Assembly (NCBI RefSeq): GCF_902713615.1
Contig: NC_052146.1
Coordinates: forward strand, 303,506,335-303,570,334
DNA: 64,000 nt
Source of the DNA: Scyliorhinus canicula
Lineage: Eukaryota
Direction: 5' to 3'
A program made the translations under genes and the position numbers. Below are positions 1 to 13,532 of this stretch, one piece after another. The notes beneath the pieces were generated by a model. The model saw nothing but the letters and a program-made list of their open reading frames with translations. It was not told where the DNA came from and searched no databases. Positions within the stretch are counted from its first letter, which is position 1. Each line of letters starts with the position of its first letter.

Positions 1-172
1 GCGGGGGCGGGAATCGCGCCGGGCCGGTCGGCGGCCTCCCCCCCCCCGGCGATTCTCCGGCCCGCAATGGGCCGAAGTCACGTCGCTGTCATGCCTATCC
101 CGCCGCCGTGGATCAAACCACCTACCTTACCGGTGGGACCAGGCGGCGCGAGCGGGCTCCGGGGCCCTGGCC

Positions 173-205
<33 letters not shown>

Positions 206-647
206 CGATTTGGCCCCTGGGGGTGCCCCCAGGGTGGCCTGGCCCGCGATCGTGGCCCACCGATGGGCAGGCGGCCCTGTGCCGTGGGGGCACTCTTTTC
301 CTTCCACCTTTGCCATAGTCTTCACCATGGCGGAGGCGGAAGTGACCCCCTCCCCTGCACATGCGCGAGGATGACGTCAGCAGCCGCTGACACTCCGGCG
401 CATGCGCAGACTTCCGCCGCCCGGCGAAGTCCCTTCGGCCCCGGCTGGCGTGGCGCCAAAGGCCATTCCCGCCAACCGGCGGGGCGCCAACCACTCCGGC
501 GCGGGCCTAGCCCCTCAATGTTAGGGCTTGGTTCCTAAAGGTTCGGAGACTTCCGCACCTATGGAGTGGCCCGATGCCAGAGTGGTTCACGCAACTCCAT
601 CACGCCGGGAGCCCCCCGCCCTGCCGGGTAGGGAAGAATCCCGGCCC
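1..647. mobile_element. GC-rich PIF/Harbinger-like non-autonomous element (MITE), truncated by window start
   Basis: Ends in GAAGAATCCCGGCC, the family right TIR; internal sequence is the reverse complement of much of the copy at 20825-21478. Confidence 0.75.
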
Positions 648-973
648 TTGTCTCTCTCCTCCTTAAATCTGTTTAGTGTTCTGGCGTCCACTGCACCCTG
701 GGATAGAGAATTCCCCTGTTGGTATGTAGGAAGTGTTGTAGCACAGTAAGTTTCCACAGATTGCAATGAGGTGTATAGCCAGTTAATTTATCCTCGTGAC
801 GTTGATTGAGGGGTAAATATGGGCCATGGTTCTGGGGTGAACTGCCCTGTACCTTCTAGATATTTGTTCTGCTTTACATCCACCTCGGAGAAGGCCAGTT
901 GCTGTTTTATCAGACCCGTCAGATTCCTGCGCCAATTGAGTTCAATTTGCTGTTTGCTGATTTCCATTTGCAG

Positions 974-1061
974 TGTTATCCCGATTTGAAGTTTTGCTCA
1001 ACACATCGTCTGTTTACCTTCCACTTGACCAAATGAACATAACTGGAACTGTTACTGGACG
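974..1061 (+). CDS. CD109: CD109-like thioester protein, internal exon (MG3 start: VLSRFEVLLNTSSVYLPLDQMNITGTVTGR)
   Basis: ttgCAG acceptor, GTGAGT donor; matches the VLPKFEV motif of A2M/CD109; phase 1->2 fits the next exon. Confidence 0.85.
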
Positions 1062-1672
1062 GTGAGTCATTCAGAGTGTGAAAATGAATGCAGGAAAGTT
1101 GTGTGGTAACTAAAAGATTATTCAATGAAATAACAATGGATCATTGGGTGGTTGGAAAGCAGCCGCTCAAGGAGAAATTTCTTAAGGAGGGTTATAAATG
1201 TGGCCTATTCTCCCTCATTCTATGAGAGTAAACTTTAGGTCATCCAAAACTCTGCTACCTATGTCTTAATTCACAGCAGATCCTGTTACCTTATTATCCC
1301 TGTGTCCTCTGACCTACACCGACTTTCAATGAAGTATTGCCCAGATTTTTAAATTCTCATCCTTGTTTTCAAATCCCTTCATGTCCTTGTCCCCTCCCTA
1401 TCTGTGTAATCCCCGCTGATCCCACACCCTCTTAGATGTCTGCACTCCTCTAATTCTGACCTCTTGTGCATTCCCAAGTGTGAAACAGGTTTATTTACAA
1501 TTGTTATAAAATATTTCTCCAATCAGAAAATGTCTGCACTCGTGCTCACAGCTCAGCTTCGATTTACTGTCTGTTTACTTTGTCCTGAGTTCGCAAACAG
1601 GTTTATTGCATGAAACACAGTGAGCATAGATCAGTTACCAGACTCACATAATAAAACACGGTTCAATTAAAC

Positions 1673-2748
1673 CAGGTTTGTCCAACTTTTCAATCCTTCC
1701 CAAACCCAATGGAGGGGCTGGACAAAGAGCAATTTCTGGAAGATAAGGTATGACACAACATTAAACATGATTTTTCAAAAGAAGCTTACATATGGAAAGT
1801 GACAATGCGCTGAACAAAACTTTTTTTTTCTATAAATTTAGAGTACCCAATTCATTTTTTCCAATTAAGGGGCAATTTAGCGTGGCCAATCTACCTACCC
1901 TGCACATCTTTTGGGTTGTTGGGCGAAACCCACGCAAAACACGGGGAGAATGTGCAAACTCCACATGGACAGTGACCCAGAGTCGGGATTGAACTTGGGA
2001 CCTCAGCGCCGTGAGACAGAAATGCTAACCACCGCACCGCCGTGCTGCCCACTGAACAAAAACAATGTCAAAACAATAAATTGATAATTTAAAAAACAGC
2101 AATAAACAAAGTGCAGGAATTCAGCACCCCCCCCCCCCCCCCCCCCCCCCCCCTCCCCCGGGCATTGTGTGCTTTACTGCCATTGGCTGCCTACATGATC
2201 TTCCAGTCCCGCCCATGTCTAAGCAATTTTGTGTGGCTTACCTATCCTGCTGCTGGGGACTCCGCTGTTTCATTATGTGAGTCTGGTAACTGATCTATGC
2301 TCACTGTGTTTAACACACACACTGACCCACCTCGAAACTCACTCACCCACTCTCATTCACTCATTCCCTCGTACACCATCACCCACTCACCTTAACCCGC
2401 TCGCTCACCCACACCCTCACCAACCCATCTTAACACACTCGCCGACCCAACTCGACTCAGTCACCCACCCTCATTCATTCACTCACCTACCCGCCTTGAT
2501 TCTCCCCCACCTTCACTCACTCTCCGTCACTCACTGAATCAGCAGGGGCAGGGTAGGTGTGAGCCAATCAGCGGTAAAGGTGGGAGAGGAGCAGCCTGTG
2601 ATTGGAGGAGCAGTCCCCTGCAGAAATCACCACCTCACTGACCAATCACACTAGCATTTTGAGCAATTGCTCCGAGGGGCCATATTGAGGGGCTGCGCAG
2701 GCCAAAACCCAGTCCGCAGGCCATGAGGGGGAGGCTTGAACAAGCCAG
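1673..2748. mobile_element. hAT-like non-autonomous DNA transposon with nested SINE and CACT-rich tract
   Basis: Imperfect TIRs CAGGTTTGTCCAAC / GCTTGAACAAGCCAG; 8-bp TSD AATTAAAC/AATTAACC. Confidence 0.6.
1822..2050 (-). mobile_element. V-SINE (HE1-like) short form
   Basis: Reverse complement of GGGCAGCACGG...TTAGC tRNA-like head plus conserved V-domain; CTGAACAAAA flanking duplication. Confidence 0.85.
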
Positions 2749-2963
2749 AATTAACCCATTGAATGACAGACAGCATTGGGCTTGTTCTCCGATTGCACAG
2801 GCAGTGAAAGAGGGAGCTGGAGAGGCTGCCGATATTTGTGAATAATGCCTGCTTGCGAAGTGGCGCCATTGACAAGGGAAGCATTTATTGTCCATTCCTC
2901 TGACAAACTCAGGTTATTGCAGCAGCATTTGTGCGGTATTCCTAATATCTTGTTCCTTTACAG

Positions 2964-3051
2964 GTACCTGTATGGAAAACCCGTGAAAGGAAATGTGACA
3001 ATCATCGTATCCTTCCCACACATCTCGTCAACAATAAACAAAACCTTTGAG
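2964..3051 (+). CDS. CD109: CD109-like exon (RYLYGKPVKGNVTIIVSFPHISSTINKTFE)
   Basis: tttaCAG / GTACGT; YxYGKPVKG motif diagnostic of TEP MG3. Confidence 0.92.
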
Positions 3052-3619
3052 GTACGTTTGGAATTTTATTTCTTCCTCCATCCCTACCCCGATGACTTCA
3101 AAGCGCCTCCTTCAGTTTCCTCCTCCTACAGCAAGTTAGTCAAGAAAGCAAATTTCCATAAGATAGAATTAAATGGAAGGTAAAGCCCCAAAACAGGCCA
3201 TTTAGCCCTACTGGTCTCTGTTGGTGTTTGTGCGCGACATAAACTTCTTCCAAATCTAATTCATCTCACTCTATAAACCTATCCTTCTATTCCCTTCTCC
3301 CTCACGGCCTGATCCAGCTTCTGCTTAAAAACAGCCTGACTGTTTTCTTCAGCCACACCATCTGGAAGAACATAAGAAACAGGAGCAGGAGTAGGCCATT
3401 CCTCCCCTCAAGCCTGCTCTACTATTCAAAATGATCATGGCCGATCGGATGTGGTCTCAACTCCACTTTCCTGCCTCCCTCTGTAACCCTTGACCTCCTT
3501 GCCAATCAAACACCTGTTTAGCTCGTATATTCAGTGACCCAGCCTGCACTGCTCTCTGGGGAAGAGAATGCCAAATCCTATTGGGGCCCCCTAGAAATGA
3601 GTGAATGCCGGAATAAATC

Positions 3620-4800
3620 CTGAATCCCCCACTATCGGCATCTGGTCAATTGCCACTGAACAGAAACTGAACTGGACTATCCATATAAATACTGTGGCTA
3701 CAAGAGCAGGCCAGGGGCTGGGGATTCTGCAGTGGCAACTCACCTCCTGCCTCCCCAATGCCTGTCCACCATCTACAAGGCACAAGTCAGGAGTGCGATG
3801 GAATACTCTCCACTTGCCTGAATGAGTGCAGCTTCAATAATCAAGAAGCCCAACACCTAATTGGCACCACATCCATCAACTTAAGCATCCAGTTTTGGTC
3901 TCCTTACTTGAGAAAGGACGTACTGGCGCTGGAGGGTGTGCAGAGGAGATTCACTAGGTTAATCCCAGAGCTGAAGGGGTTGGATTATGAGGAGAGGTTG
4001 AGTAGACTGGGACTGTACTCGTTGGAATTTAGAAGGATGAGGGGGGATCTTATAGAAACATTTAAAATTATGAAGGGAATAGATAGGATAGATGCGGGCA
4101 GGTTGTTTCCACTGGCGGGTGACAGCAGAACTAGGGGGCATAGCCTCAAAATAAGGGGAAGTAGATTTAGGACTGAGTTTAGGAGGAACTTCTTCACCCA
4201 AAGGGTTGTGAATCTATGGAATTCCTTGCCCAGTGAAGCAGTTGAGGCTCCTTCATTACATGTTTTTAAGGTAAAGATAGATAGTTTTTGAAGAATAAAG
4301 GGATTAAGGGTTATGGTGTTCGGGCCGGAAAGTGGAGCTGAGTCCACAAAAGATCAGCCATGATCTAATTGAATGGCGGAGCAGGCTCGAGGGGCCAGAT
4401 GGCCTACTCCTGCTCCTAGTTCTTATGTTCTTATGTTCATTCCCTCTACCATCAACACACAGTGGCAGCCATGTGTACCATCTACAAGATGCACTGCAGC
4501 AACTCACCAAGGTTCCTTCAACAACACCTTCCCAATCTGGGAGCTCTACCATCTAGAAGGACAAGAGCAGCAGACACATGGGAACACCGTCACCTCCAAG
4601 TCGCTGTCCCAGCCACACACCATCCAGGCTTGGAAATATATCGCCGTTCCTTCACTGTCGCTGGGTCAAAATCCCGGAACTCCCTCCCTAATTGCACTGT
4701 GGATGTGCCTACACTGCATGGATTGCAATGGTTCAAGAAGGCAGCTCACCACCACTTTCTTAAGGGCAATTAGGGATGAGCTGGTCGAACCAGCGCAACG
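3620..4800 (+). mobile_element. Degenerate L2/CR1-like LINE 3' region containing a nested CR1 insertion
   Basis: QKLNWTIHINTVATRAG-type RT C-terminus; tail CACCACCACTTTCTTAAGGGCAATTAGGGATG; same family at 9230-14095, 29480-31700, 50290-51450. Confidence 0.75.
3886..4437 (+). mobile_element. Young CR1 LINE 3' fragment
   Basis: QFWSPYLRKDVLALEGVQRRFTRLIP...RTRGHSLKI ORF2 C-terminus and (TTCTTATG)n tail; near-identical to the inverted copy at 41068-41757. Confidence 0.9.
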
Positions 4801-4933
4801 CGCACCCCTTGAAGGAATTTTTTAAAAATTGCGTAATTCCTGTGAATGATTTAGCAGAGGCAAAAATGCTTGATTTATCACAAGGTGATCCAATATGAGC
4901 AAGCATTAACTCTCTCTATATCTACCTCTCCAG

Positions 4934-5135
4934 ACCAACGGAACTGTACATTTCATCATCCCTTTCTCTGGGCTTCAGGAGTTTTTTCTGAGTGTGTATG
5001 GAAGGGTGCTGGGGTTAAGCGGTTCAATCCCCGCAAACCACTCATTCGAATCGCTGATGGAATCGTTTTTAGAATCATACAGACATTTTAAGCTCTCGAT
5101 GACAATCAAAGCTGTTGTGACAGAATCGCTCACAG
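4934..5135 (+). CDS. CD109: CD109-like exon (TNGTVHFIIPFSG...MTIKAVVTESLTG)
   Basis: ctctcCAG / GTAAGG; ends VTESLTG as in CD109 VTESVTG; phase 0->1. Confidence 0.85.
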
Positions 5136-5856
5136 GTAAGGTGGGACCACAAAATGACGGTGTTTACTGTGTACAACCCATGAGATTATTAGCTGCTATT
5201 AACTGGATGTCACTTGACCTGCTGCCCGACTACCGAGATGACCAATCAAAACTCTCCAACACCCAAACGACCATCTCTATCCCCACAAATGTCTCAGACT
5301 TCATTTATCTTACTCGGAAAATGTAATTCCAAGTAGTGGTTCAGAGGAAATGTTCCTGATCTTGCAAGCTAGCAAATTCTGCTGTCAGGAACCTCATTTG
5401 CAGGATGAAAGATGGTAGATAGATTCTTGATCAGAAAGGCGTGAAAGGTCATCAGGGATACTGTGGGGTTGAGGTTACAATCAGATCAGCCACGATCTTA
5501 TTGACTGGCGGGGTAGGCTCGAAGGGCCGAGTGGCCTACTCCTGCTCCTAATTCATCTGTTTTTATGTATGTTTCTCTCCAGTCCTCCCATTCCTTCTGC
5601 CCAGCCTTGAATGGAGTTCATAGAATCTAACAGCACAGAATGAGATCGATCGGCCATCACGCCGTTAGTTGAATGAGGCTATCCACTTTAGTCGCACTCT
5701 CGGCCTCTCTTCAGTCCAGCCCTGCAAAGTTTCTCCCTGTCAAGTATTTACCCAAATTCCGTTTGAAAGCTACCACTGAACCTGCAGTCACCACCCTATC
5801 CGGCAGTGCACTGTAAACTCTAACCACACGATGCGTGACGACGTTTGTCTCCAAGT

Positions 5857-6300
5857 GGGCGGCACGGTAGCACAGTGGTTAGCACAGCTGCCTCACAGCT
5901 CCAGGGTCCCAGGATCGATTCCCGGCTTGGGCCACTGCACTGTCTGTGCGGAGTCTGCACATTCTCCCCGTGTGTCTGCGTGGGTTTCCTCCGGGCGCTC
6001 CGGTTTCCTCCCACAGTCCAAAGATGTGCAGGCTAGGCCATGATAAATTGCCCTTAGTGTCCAAAAAAGGTTAGGTGGGGTCACCCCGAACAGGCGCCGG
6101 AATGTGGCGACTAGGGGCTTTTCACAGTAACTTCATTGAAGCCTACTTGTGACAACAAGTGATTATTATTATTAGTATTCTTATTATTACTGAGTTACAG
6201 GGATAGGGTGAAGGCATGGGATTAAGTAGGGTGCTCTTTCCAAGGGCCGGTGCAGACCGGATGGGCCAAATGGCCTTCTTCTGCACTCTAAATTCTGTGA
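5857..6300 (+). mobile_element. V-SINE (HE1-like) interrupted by the tail of a second SINE family (~6084-6190)
   Basis: GGGCGGCACGGTAGCACAGTGGTTAGC head, V-domain, CR1-like tail GGCCAAATGGCCTTCTTCTGCAC. Confidence 0.85.
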
Positions 6301-7396
6301 AGCCACCTCTGGTTTTTTATTTGTATTACTGGGAAATGTGACAGCCAATTTGCACACAGCAATCATCATTTCCACGATCTGTAGCTGCCCAACGCTGTGA
6401 CTGAGTTGGAATTTTAATAGGTATTAAACTCTTGAAACTTGTCATTGTGCACCAATCACGTGCAAGGGTCCCAAATTTCAAAGGTAGCGGCCATTTCTAC
6501 TGCGCGAGAACGCGGTGCTGATTGGTTTGCAAGTCAACGCTGATTGGCTGAGATAGTGCCATGGAGAACGGGTCAGGGAACTATTGTTACCCATGCTGCT
6601 GTTGGACTCAGAAATGGCGTAACGCCTGGCCATCTTCCTTTTTGCCTGGGAATGAAAGCGAGTATCAGTAATGGTGACCATGATCATTATCATTAGTTGT
6701 TTTAAAAACCCATCTGGTTCACTTAGGGAGGGAGATCTTTACCCTGTCTGGCCGACACTTTTTTTCATATTCATTGGGTGTGGTTGACTGGGCCGGCATT
6801 TATTGCCCACCCCTAATCGCTCCTGAAATGGGTGGTATTTCAGAGGGCGGTTAAGAGAATCTGGAGTCACATGTAGGCCGGACTGGGTAAGGGCGGCGGA
6901 TTTCCTGCCCGAAAAGACATTAGTGAACCAGGTTTCTTTTTTTTTACAGAAATCAACAATCTTAATTCCAGATTTAAAAAAATTGAATTCAAATTTGACC
7001 AACTGACATGGTGGGATTCGAACCCAGACCCCCAGAGCATTACCCTGGGTCTCCAGATTACTAGCCCAGTGACAATATCACTATGTTGCCGCCTTCCTCT
7101 AGGTGACTCCAGACACAAAGCAATATGGTTGACTCTTAATTGCCACCCTGAAATGACCCAGCAAGCCACTCAAGGACAATTAGGGATGGGTAATAAACGC
7201 TGGCCTTGCCAGTGGCGGCCACATCCCCTGAAATGAAACAGTGTAAGTGATCCAACACTCACAGTCTCTATTCTTCAGCAGGATTCAAGTTCCATACTCA
7301 AGTGACTAATGGATATTAAACTGAGTGATTTCATCCCTGATCGCTCGATCAGCTCAATTTTTGCCTGTCAATGAAGTTCCTGTTTTGTGATAACAG

Positions 7397-7506
7397 GTCT
7401 GACGCAGTCCACCGATGTAAATGTCACTATTTCATTCAAGAAGTACAAGCTGGAGATTGTCAACCACCAGAAAATCCTAAAACCGCCTCTCAACTTCACC
7501 GCCAAT
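7397..7506 (+). CDS. CD109: CD109-like exon (GLTQSTDVNVTISFKKYKLEIVNHQKILKPPLNFTAN)
   Basis: taaCAG / GTAAGT; LKPxLNFTA matches CD109 LKPSLNFTA; phase 1->0. Confidence 0.9.
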
Positions 7507-7559
7507 GTAAGTCCTAACTGAGAGCCCGCCATTTTCCTCAAGGCCCAATCCGAACAAGT

Positions 7560-7800
7560 CTGGGGAGAAGGGGAGAAGCGGGTGGCGCGATAAGGGGGGG
7601 GGAAGAGTGAGGGGGAGGAGGATGGGGAGAGATAGGGGAGGGGAGGAGAGGGGTAGTGTGAGGGAGGGGGGGGAGGGAGAGTGTAACAGAGATGGGGATG
7701 TGAAGAGGGAGGGAGAGGGAAAGAGAGTGGAGGGGTAATGTGAGGGAGTTGGGGCGGTAGAGGGGGAGGGAGAGAGGAAGGGAGCAGCAGTGGAGGGGTG
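7560..7800. repeat. Purine/GA-rich low-complexity tract
   Basis: Runs of GGAG/GGGA just downstream of the exon donor. Confidence 0.7.
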
Positions 7801-8438
7801 CCACCCTGTCCAGGCACCCATGTGCCTCTAATCACCTGGGAGACCCCACCCAAGTGCAGTTCCACCCAGTCCCCATTTGTGGGGCGCAGTGCTAAATGGC
7901 AACAAGCTGGGGTCTCCTGAGTGAGGCCGGTAGATCCTGGGACCTGGTTCCATGTGGAGTCAGCAAAGTTAAGTCAGCTTTTAAACTCACTTAAATCTGC
8001 AAGTCTGGATCCCGCCCACTGTGGCACCTGATAGAGCCAGCAACATTTTCTCAACAGAAAAGGGCGCCCCAATCTGTGTTGAAAGGAAACTTGAAAAGAT
8101 AAGGGGGACCCCCCCCACAAGCATCAGGGCACTGGCCCCCATGCCCCCACCTCTAGCACTTTGGCAACCCTCCCCCTCCCACACATAAGGAGGAGCCTTC
8201 ACAAGCAACAGGTCAACCTCCCCTCCTCCCACACAAGCACTGGGGCACCATGGCATTGCCAGGTTGGCAGCAGGCAGTGCCAGGTCGCTGACTGGGCATA
8301 TCCAACTCTCCCCGGGGCAGGTTTGCCTCGACCGATTCCCGTTTTGCGATAGCTGTCGTAAACCTTGCCAACGCGACCTCACGCCATCCAAGGGGGAAAT
8401 CCTTACCTGGTGGAATGTGTGGCGAGGAAGGGCTGAAT

Positions 8439-8772
8439 GGCAGCACAGTGGTTAGCACTGCTGCCTCACAGCGCCAGGAACCCAGGTTCAATTCCAATCT
8501 CAGCTGACTGTCCGTGCGGAGTCTTCATGCTCTCCCCGTGTCTGCGTGGGTTTCCTCCGGGTGCTCCGGTTTCCTCCCACAGTCCAAAGACATGCAGGTT
8601 AGGTGGATTGGCCATGATCAATTGCCCTTAGTGACCAAAGGTTCGGTGGGGTTGTTGGATTACGGGGATTGGGTGGAGGCGTGGGGTTAAGTGGGGTGCT
8701 CTTTCCAAGGGCCAGTACAGGCTCGATGGGCCGAATGGCCTCCTTCTGCTCTGTAAATTCTATGATTCCATG
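8439..8772 (+). mobile_element. V-SINE (HE1-like) full form
   Basis: tRNA-like head, V-domain, GGGCCGAATGGCCTCCTTCTG...TTCTATGATTC tail. Confidence 0.85.
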
Positions 8773-11205
8773 AAAGTCATCTCATGACTTCCCCGGAAAG
8801 GGGTAGGGAAAATTGGAAAGCAAGATCTCGTTAGTGAGAATCTTGTTTTCCGATTCGCGTGAGATTTTGCACGTGGGTCACTGATTATGCTGAGGGCTCA
8901 TGCGGGCTCAAAATTGCCCCCATTGTGCCAAAAACATCCAAGGACCTGTCCACTGGGGGCAGTGGTGTAGTGGTATTGTCACTGCATTGGTGATCCGGAA
9001 ATCTCGGGTAGTACTCTGGGGTCCCAGGTTCAATTCTCACCCTGGCAGATCGTGGAATTAAAAGTCTAATGGTGACCATGAAACCATTGTCAATTGTTGT
9101 CAAAAACCCAGCTGGTTCACCATTGCACATTGCCCTTTAGGGAAGGGAATCTGCCATCCTCATCTGACCCGGCCAGTATGTAACTCAAGATCCACTGTCA
9201 TGTAGTTGAATCTTAAATTCCCTCTGAAATGGCATTTCAAGCCACTCAATTGTATCAAACTGCTCTAAATTCAATGCAGAAACCGAGCAGACCACCTGGT
9301 ATCAACCTTGGAATGGTAAACCCAGCCCTGCCAACCCTGTACAGTCCTCCTTCCCATCTGGGGGCTTGTGCCAAAGTTGGGAGATCTGTCTCACAGACTA
9401 GTCAAGCAACAGCCTGACATAGTCATACTCACAGAATCATACCTTTTAGACAATGTCCCAGACACCAGAATGTCCTGTCTCACCGGCAACACAGTGAGAT
9501 ACAGTCAGGAGGGAGTTTCCCTTGGCGTCCTCAACGTTGACTCTGGACCTCATGAAGTCTCATGGCTTCAGGTTAAATATTGGCAAGGAAACCCCTTGCT
9601 GATTACCACGTGCCGTCCACCACCATGAATCGGTACTCCTCCATGTTGAACACCACTTGAGGGTGGCAAGGGACACACAATGTACTCTGGGTGGTAGTAC
9701 CACCACAGATCGAACATATCTGTTATACTGGGACTGCAGCAGATGGTGAGGGAATCAACAAGAGGGAAAAGCATACTTGAATTTATCCTCACCAACCTGT
9801 CTGCCGCAAATTCATCTGGCCATGACAGTATTGGTAGGAGTGACCACTACACTGTCCTTGCGGAGGCAAAGTTCCATCTTCACATTGAGGATACCCTCCA
9901 TTGTGTGTTGAGGCATGACCAACGGGCTAAATGGGATAGATTCAGAACTGATCCAACAGCTCAAGAATGGGCATGCATGAGGCGCTGTGGGCCATCAGCA
10001 GCAGCAGAATTATATTCAATCACAATCTGCAACCTCATGGCCCGGCATATCCCCCACTCTACCATTACCACCCAGTCAGGGATCAACCCTGGTTCAATGA
10101 AGAGTGCAGGAGAGCATGCCAGGAGCAACATCAGGCATACCAGAAAATGAGGTGTCAACCTGGTGAAGCTACAACACAGGACTACCTGTGTGCTAAACAG
10201 AAGTAAGCAGCAAGTAATAGACAGAGCTGAGCGATTCCACAACCAACGGATCAGATCTAAGCTCTGTAGTCCTGCCACATCCAGCTGTGAATGATGGTGG
10301 ACAATTAAACAACTCACTGGAGGAGGAGGCTCCACAAATATCCCCATCCTCAATGATGGAGGAGCCCAGCACATTGGTGCAAAAGACGAGGCTGAGGCAT
10401 TCACAGCAATCTTCAGCCAGACGTGCCGTCTCAGTCTCCTCCAGAAGTCCCCAACATCGCAGATGCTAGTTTTCAGCCAATTCAATTCACCCAAGTGATA
10501 TCAGGAAACGACTGAAGGCAGTGGATACTGGGAAGGTTATGTGCCTGACAATATGAAGACTGAAGACTTGTGCTCCAGAACTTGCTGCGCCCCTAGCCAA
10601 GCTGTTCCAGTATAGCTACAATACTGACAACTACCTGACAATTTGGAACATTGTCCAGGTATGTACTCAAAAAGCAAGCCGACCTGGCTAATGACCACCC
10701 TCTCAGTCTACTCTCAATCATCAGGAAAGTTATAGAAGGGGTCATCAACACGCGATCAAGACACATTTTCTGAGCAATAACCTGCCACTGACGCTCAGTT
10801 TGGGTCCCGCCAGGGTCACACAGCTCCTGACCTCATTGCAGACTTGGTTCAAACATGGGCAAAGGAGCTGAATGCCAGATGTGAGGTGAGAGTGACTGCC
10901 CTTGACATCAAGGCAGCATTTGACCAATTATGGCATCAAGGATCCTCAGCTAAATTGGAGTCAATGGAATTGGGGAAAACTCTCCGCTGGTTGGAGTCAT
11001 ACCTGGCACAAAGGAAGATGGTTGTGGTGGTTGAAGGTCAGTCATTTCAGTCAGTTCTGGGACATCACTCCAGGAGTTCCTCAGGTTAGCGCCCTAGGCC
11101 CAACCATCTTCAGCTGCATCATCAATGACCACCCTTGCAATATAAGGTCTGATGTGGGAATGTTCACTGATGACTGCACAACGTTCAGCACCATTTGTGA
11201 CTCCT

Positions 11206-11549
11206 GCGGCTTGGTAGCACAGTTTTTACCACTGTCTAGGTATATTCACAGCTTCAGGGTCCCAGGTTCGATTCCCAGCCTGGGTCACTGTCTGTGCGGA
11301 ATCTGCACGTTCTCCCCATGTCTGCGTGGGTTTCCCCTGGGTGCTCCGGTTTCCTCCCACAGTCCAAAGATGTGCAGGTTAGGTGGATTGGCCGTGCTAA
11401 ATTGCCCTTAGTGTCCAAAGGTTAGGTGGGGTTACTGGGTTACAGGGATAGGGTGCAGATGTGGGCTTAAGTAAGATGCTCTTTCCAAGGGTCAGTGCAG
11501 ACTCAATGGGCCGAATGGCCTCCTTCTGCACTGTAAATTCTATGATCTA
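11206..11549 (+). mobile_element. V-SINE (HE1-like)
   Basis: Typical head/V-domain/tail; nested in LINE. Confidence 0.8.
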
Positions 11550-11742
11550 TAATGAAGCAGTCTACATGCAAATGCCACAAGGTCTGGACAATATCCAGGT
11601 TTGGGCTGACAAGTGGCAAGTAACAGTGATGCTACAGAAGTGCCAGGCAATGACCATCCCAAATAAGAGAGAATAAAACCATCACCCTTTGACATTACCA
11701 TCAGTGAATCCCCCACAGTCAACATCCTGGGGGGTTACCATT

Positions 11743-13259
11743 TTGTGTTAAAACATTTTATTAAGGCATTTATGACTTTATAATAACAGAGAGTACAAAA
11801 ACAAATGTGAACATAATTCAGTACAAACCACCCCCCCCCCCCCCCCCCCCACCCCCACCCCCCCCGCAACCAACAACCATACCCAGCCAACATGGCTTAC
11901 ACACACAATTCCCCAGTCCCTCCATCTCCTCTTGCTGATCCTGCCGGACTTAAACTAAATTAAGTCCCCAACCCCCCACCCCCCCCCTCCCCCCCCCCCC
12001 CCCCCCCCTCGCCCCTTCCCCTAACCCACCCCCTCCTATTGTATCTGCTAACACTTTGGTTTTCCCCAAAGACATTGATAAATGGCTGCCACCTCCGAAC
12101 GAACCCAGACATTGACCCTCTCAGGGCGAACTCAAGCTTGAGAAACCCAGCCATGTTGCTCACTCATATCCCTGATTTCGGGGGCTCTGAATCCCTCCAG
12201 GATAATAGGATCCGTTCTGGGCTACCAAGGAGTCATAGGCCAAAACGTCAGACTCTCTCGCTCCCTGGACTTGCGGGTCTTCCGACACTCCAAAAATTGC
12301 CACCTCTGGACTCGGGGCCACCCTCATTTTAAACACCGTGGACATGACATCAGCAAATCCCTGCCAGAATCCCCTCAGCTTCGGACATGTCCAAAACATG
12401 TGGACATGGTTTGCGGACCCTCCCTCACACCTCGTATACCTGTCCTCCTACCAAAAAACCTGCTCATCCGGGCCACCGTCGTGTGTGCCCAGTGAACCAC
12501 CTTGAATTGTATTAGGCTAAGCCTGGCACATGGTGAGGATGTATTGACTCTACTCAGAGCATCCCCCCACAGACCTTCCTCTCGCTCCTTACCCAGCTCA
12601 TCTTCCCACTTGCGCTTTACCTCCCCTATCTGGGTTCCCTCCACTCCATGAGCTCTTTATAAATTTTCGAGACCTTTTCTTCCCCCAATCCCGTTTTTGA
12701 AATTACCTTATCCTGTATCCCCTGTGGCAGTAGAAACGGAAAGGTCAAAACCTGCCTTCGTACAAAGTCTCTCACCTGCAGATATCGAAACCCATACCCT
12801 CCCGGCAATTCAAACTCTTCCTCCAAATCCTCTGACCATGGAAAGCTCCCATTAATAAATAGATCCCCCAACTTCTCAATCCCTGCTCTCTGGCACCTCC
12901 AAAACCCCCCATCAACCTCCCCGGGACGAACCGGTGATTGCCACAGATTGGAGCCCACACCGACGCTCCCTCCACTCCCATATGCTTCCGCCACTGCCCC
13001 CAGACCCTCAGAGCTGCCGCTACCACCAGGCTTGTGGAGTACCAAGCCGGCAAGAATGGCAGAGTTGCCGTACCAGTGCTCCTGAACTTGTGCCCGACAA
13101 GATGCCGCCTCCGCCGGCTCCCACACCACCCCTCACCCACTACCCACTTCCTAATCATGGCTATATTTGCCGCCTAATAGTAATGCCTAAAGTTTGGTAG
13201 GGCCAACCCTCCCCCCTTCGGCTCCGCTCCAACAGCACCTTCCTTACTCGCGGGGTTTT
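11743..13259 (-). mobile_element. 5'-truncated L1/Tx1-clade LINE (ORF2 C-terminus and 3' UTR)
   Basis: SLIQFKVVHWAH and MFWTCPKLRGFWQG (L1 Cys-rich C-terminus); AATAAA and A-rich tail on minus strand; ~14-bp TSD TGGGGGGTTACCATT/TGGGAGTCACCATT in the host LINE. Confidence 0.85.
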
Positions 13260-13361
13260 ATGGGAGTCACCATTGATCAGAAACTGAACTGGACAAGCCA
13301 CATTAATACTGTGGCTACAAGAGCAGGTTGGAGGCTAGGGATCCTGCGGCGACTAACTCAC

Positions 13362-13472
13362 CCGTACCAGCCTCCCCGGACAGGCGCCGGAATGTGGCGA
13401 CTAGGGGCTTTTCACAGTAACTTCATTGAAGCCTACTCGTGACAATAAGCGATTTTCATTTCATTTCATTTC
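13362..13472 (+). mobile_element. Second SINE family, 5'-truncated
   Basis: CCCGTACCAGCCTCCCC...GCTTTTCACAGTAACTTCATTGAAGCCTACTCGTGACAATAAGCG(ATTTC)n. Confidence 0.8.
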
Positions 13473-13532
13473 ACCTTGACTCCCTGAAGATTGACCACCA
13501 TCTGCACGGCACAAGTCAGGAGTGTGACTTAA

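Noticed and set aside
5857-5930. tRNA genes at SINE heads
   Set aside because: A/B-box-like heads continue into V-domain and LINE-derived tails, so they are SINEs, not tRNAs.
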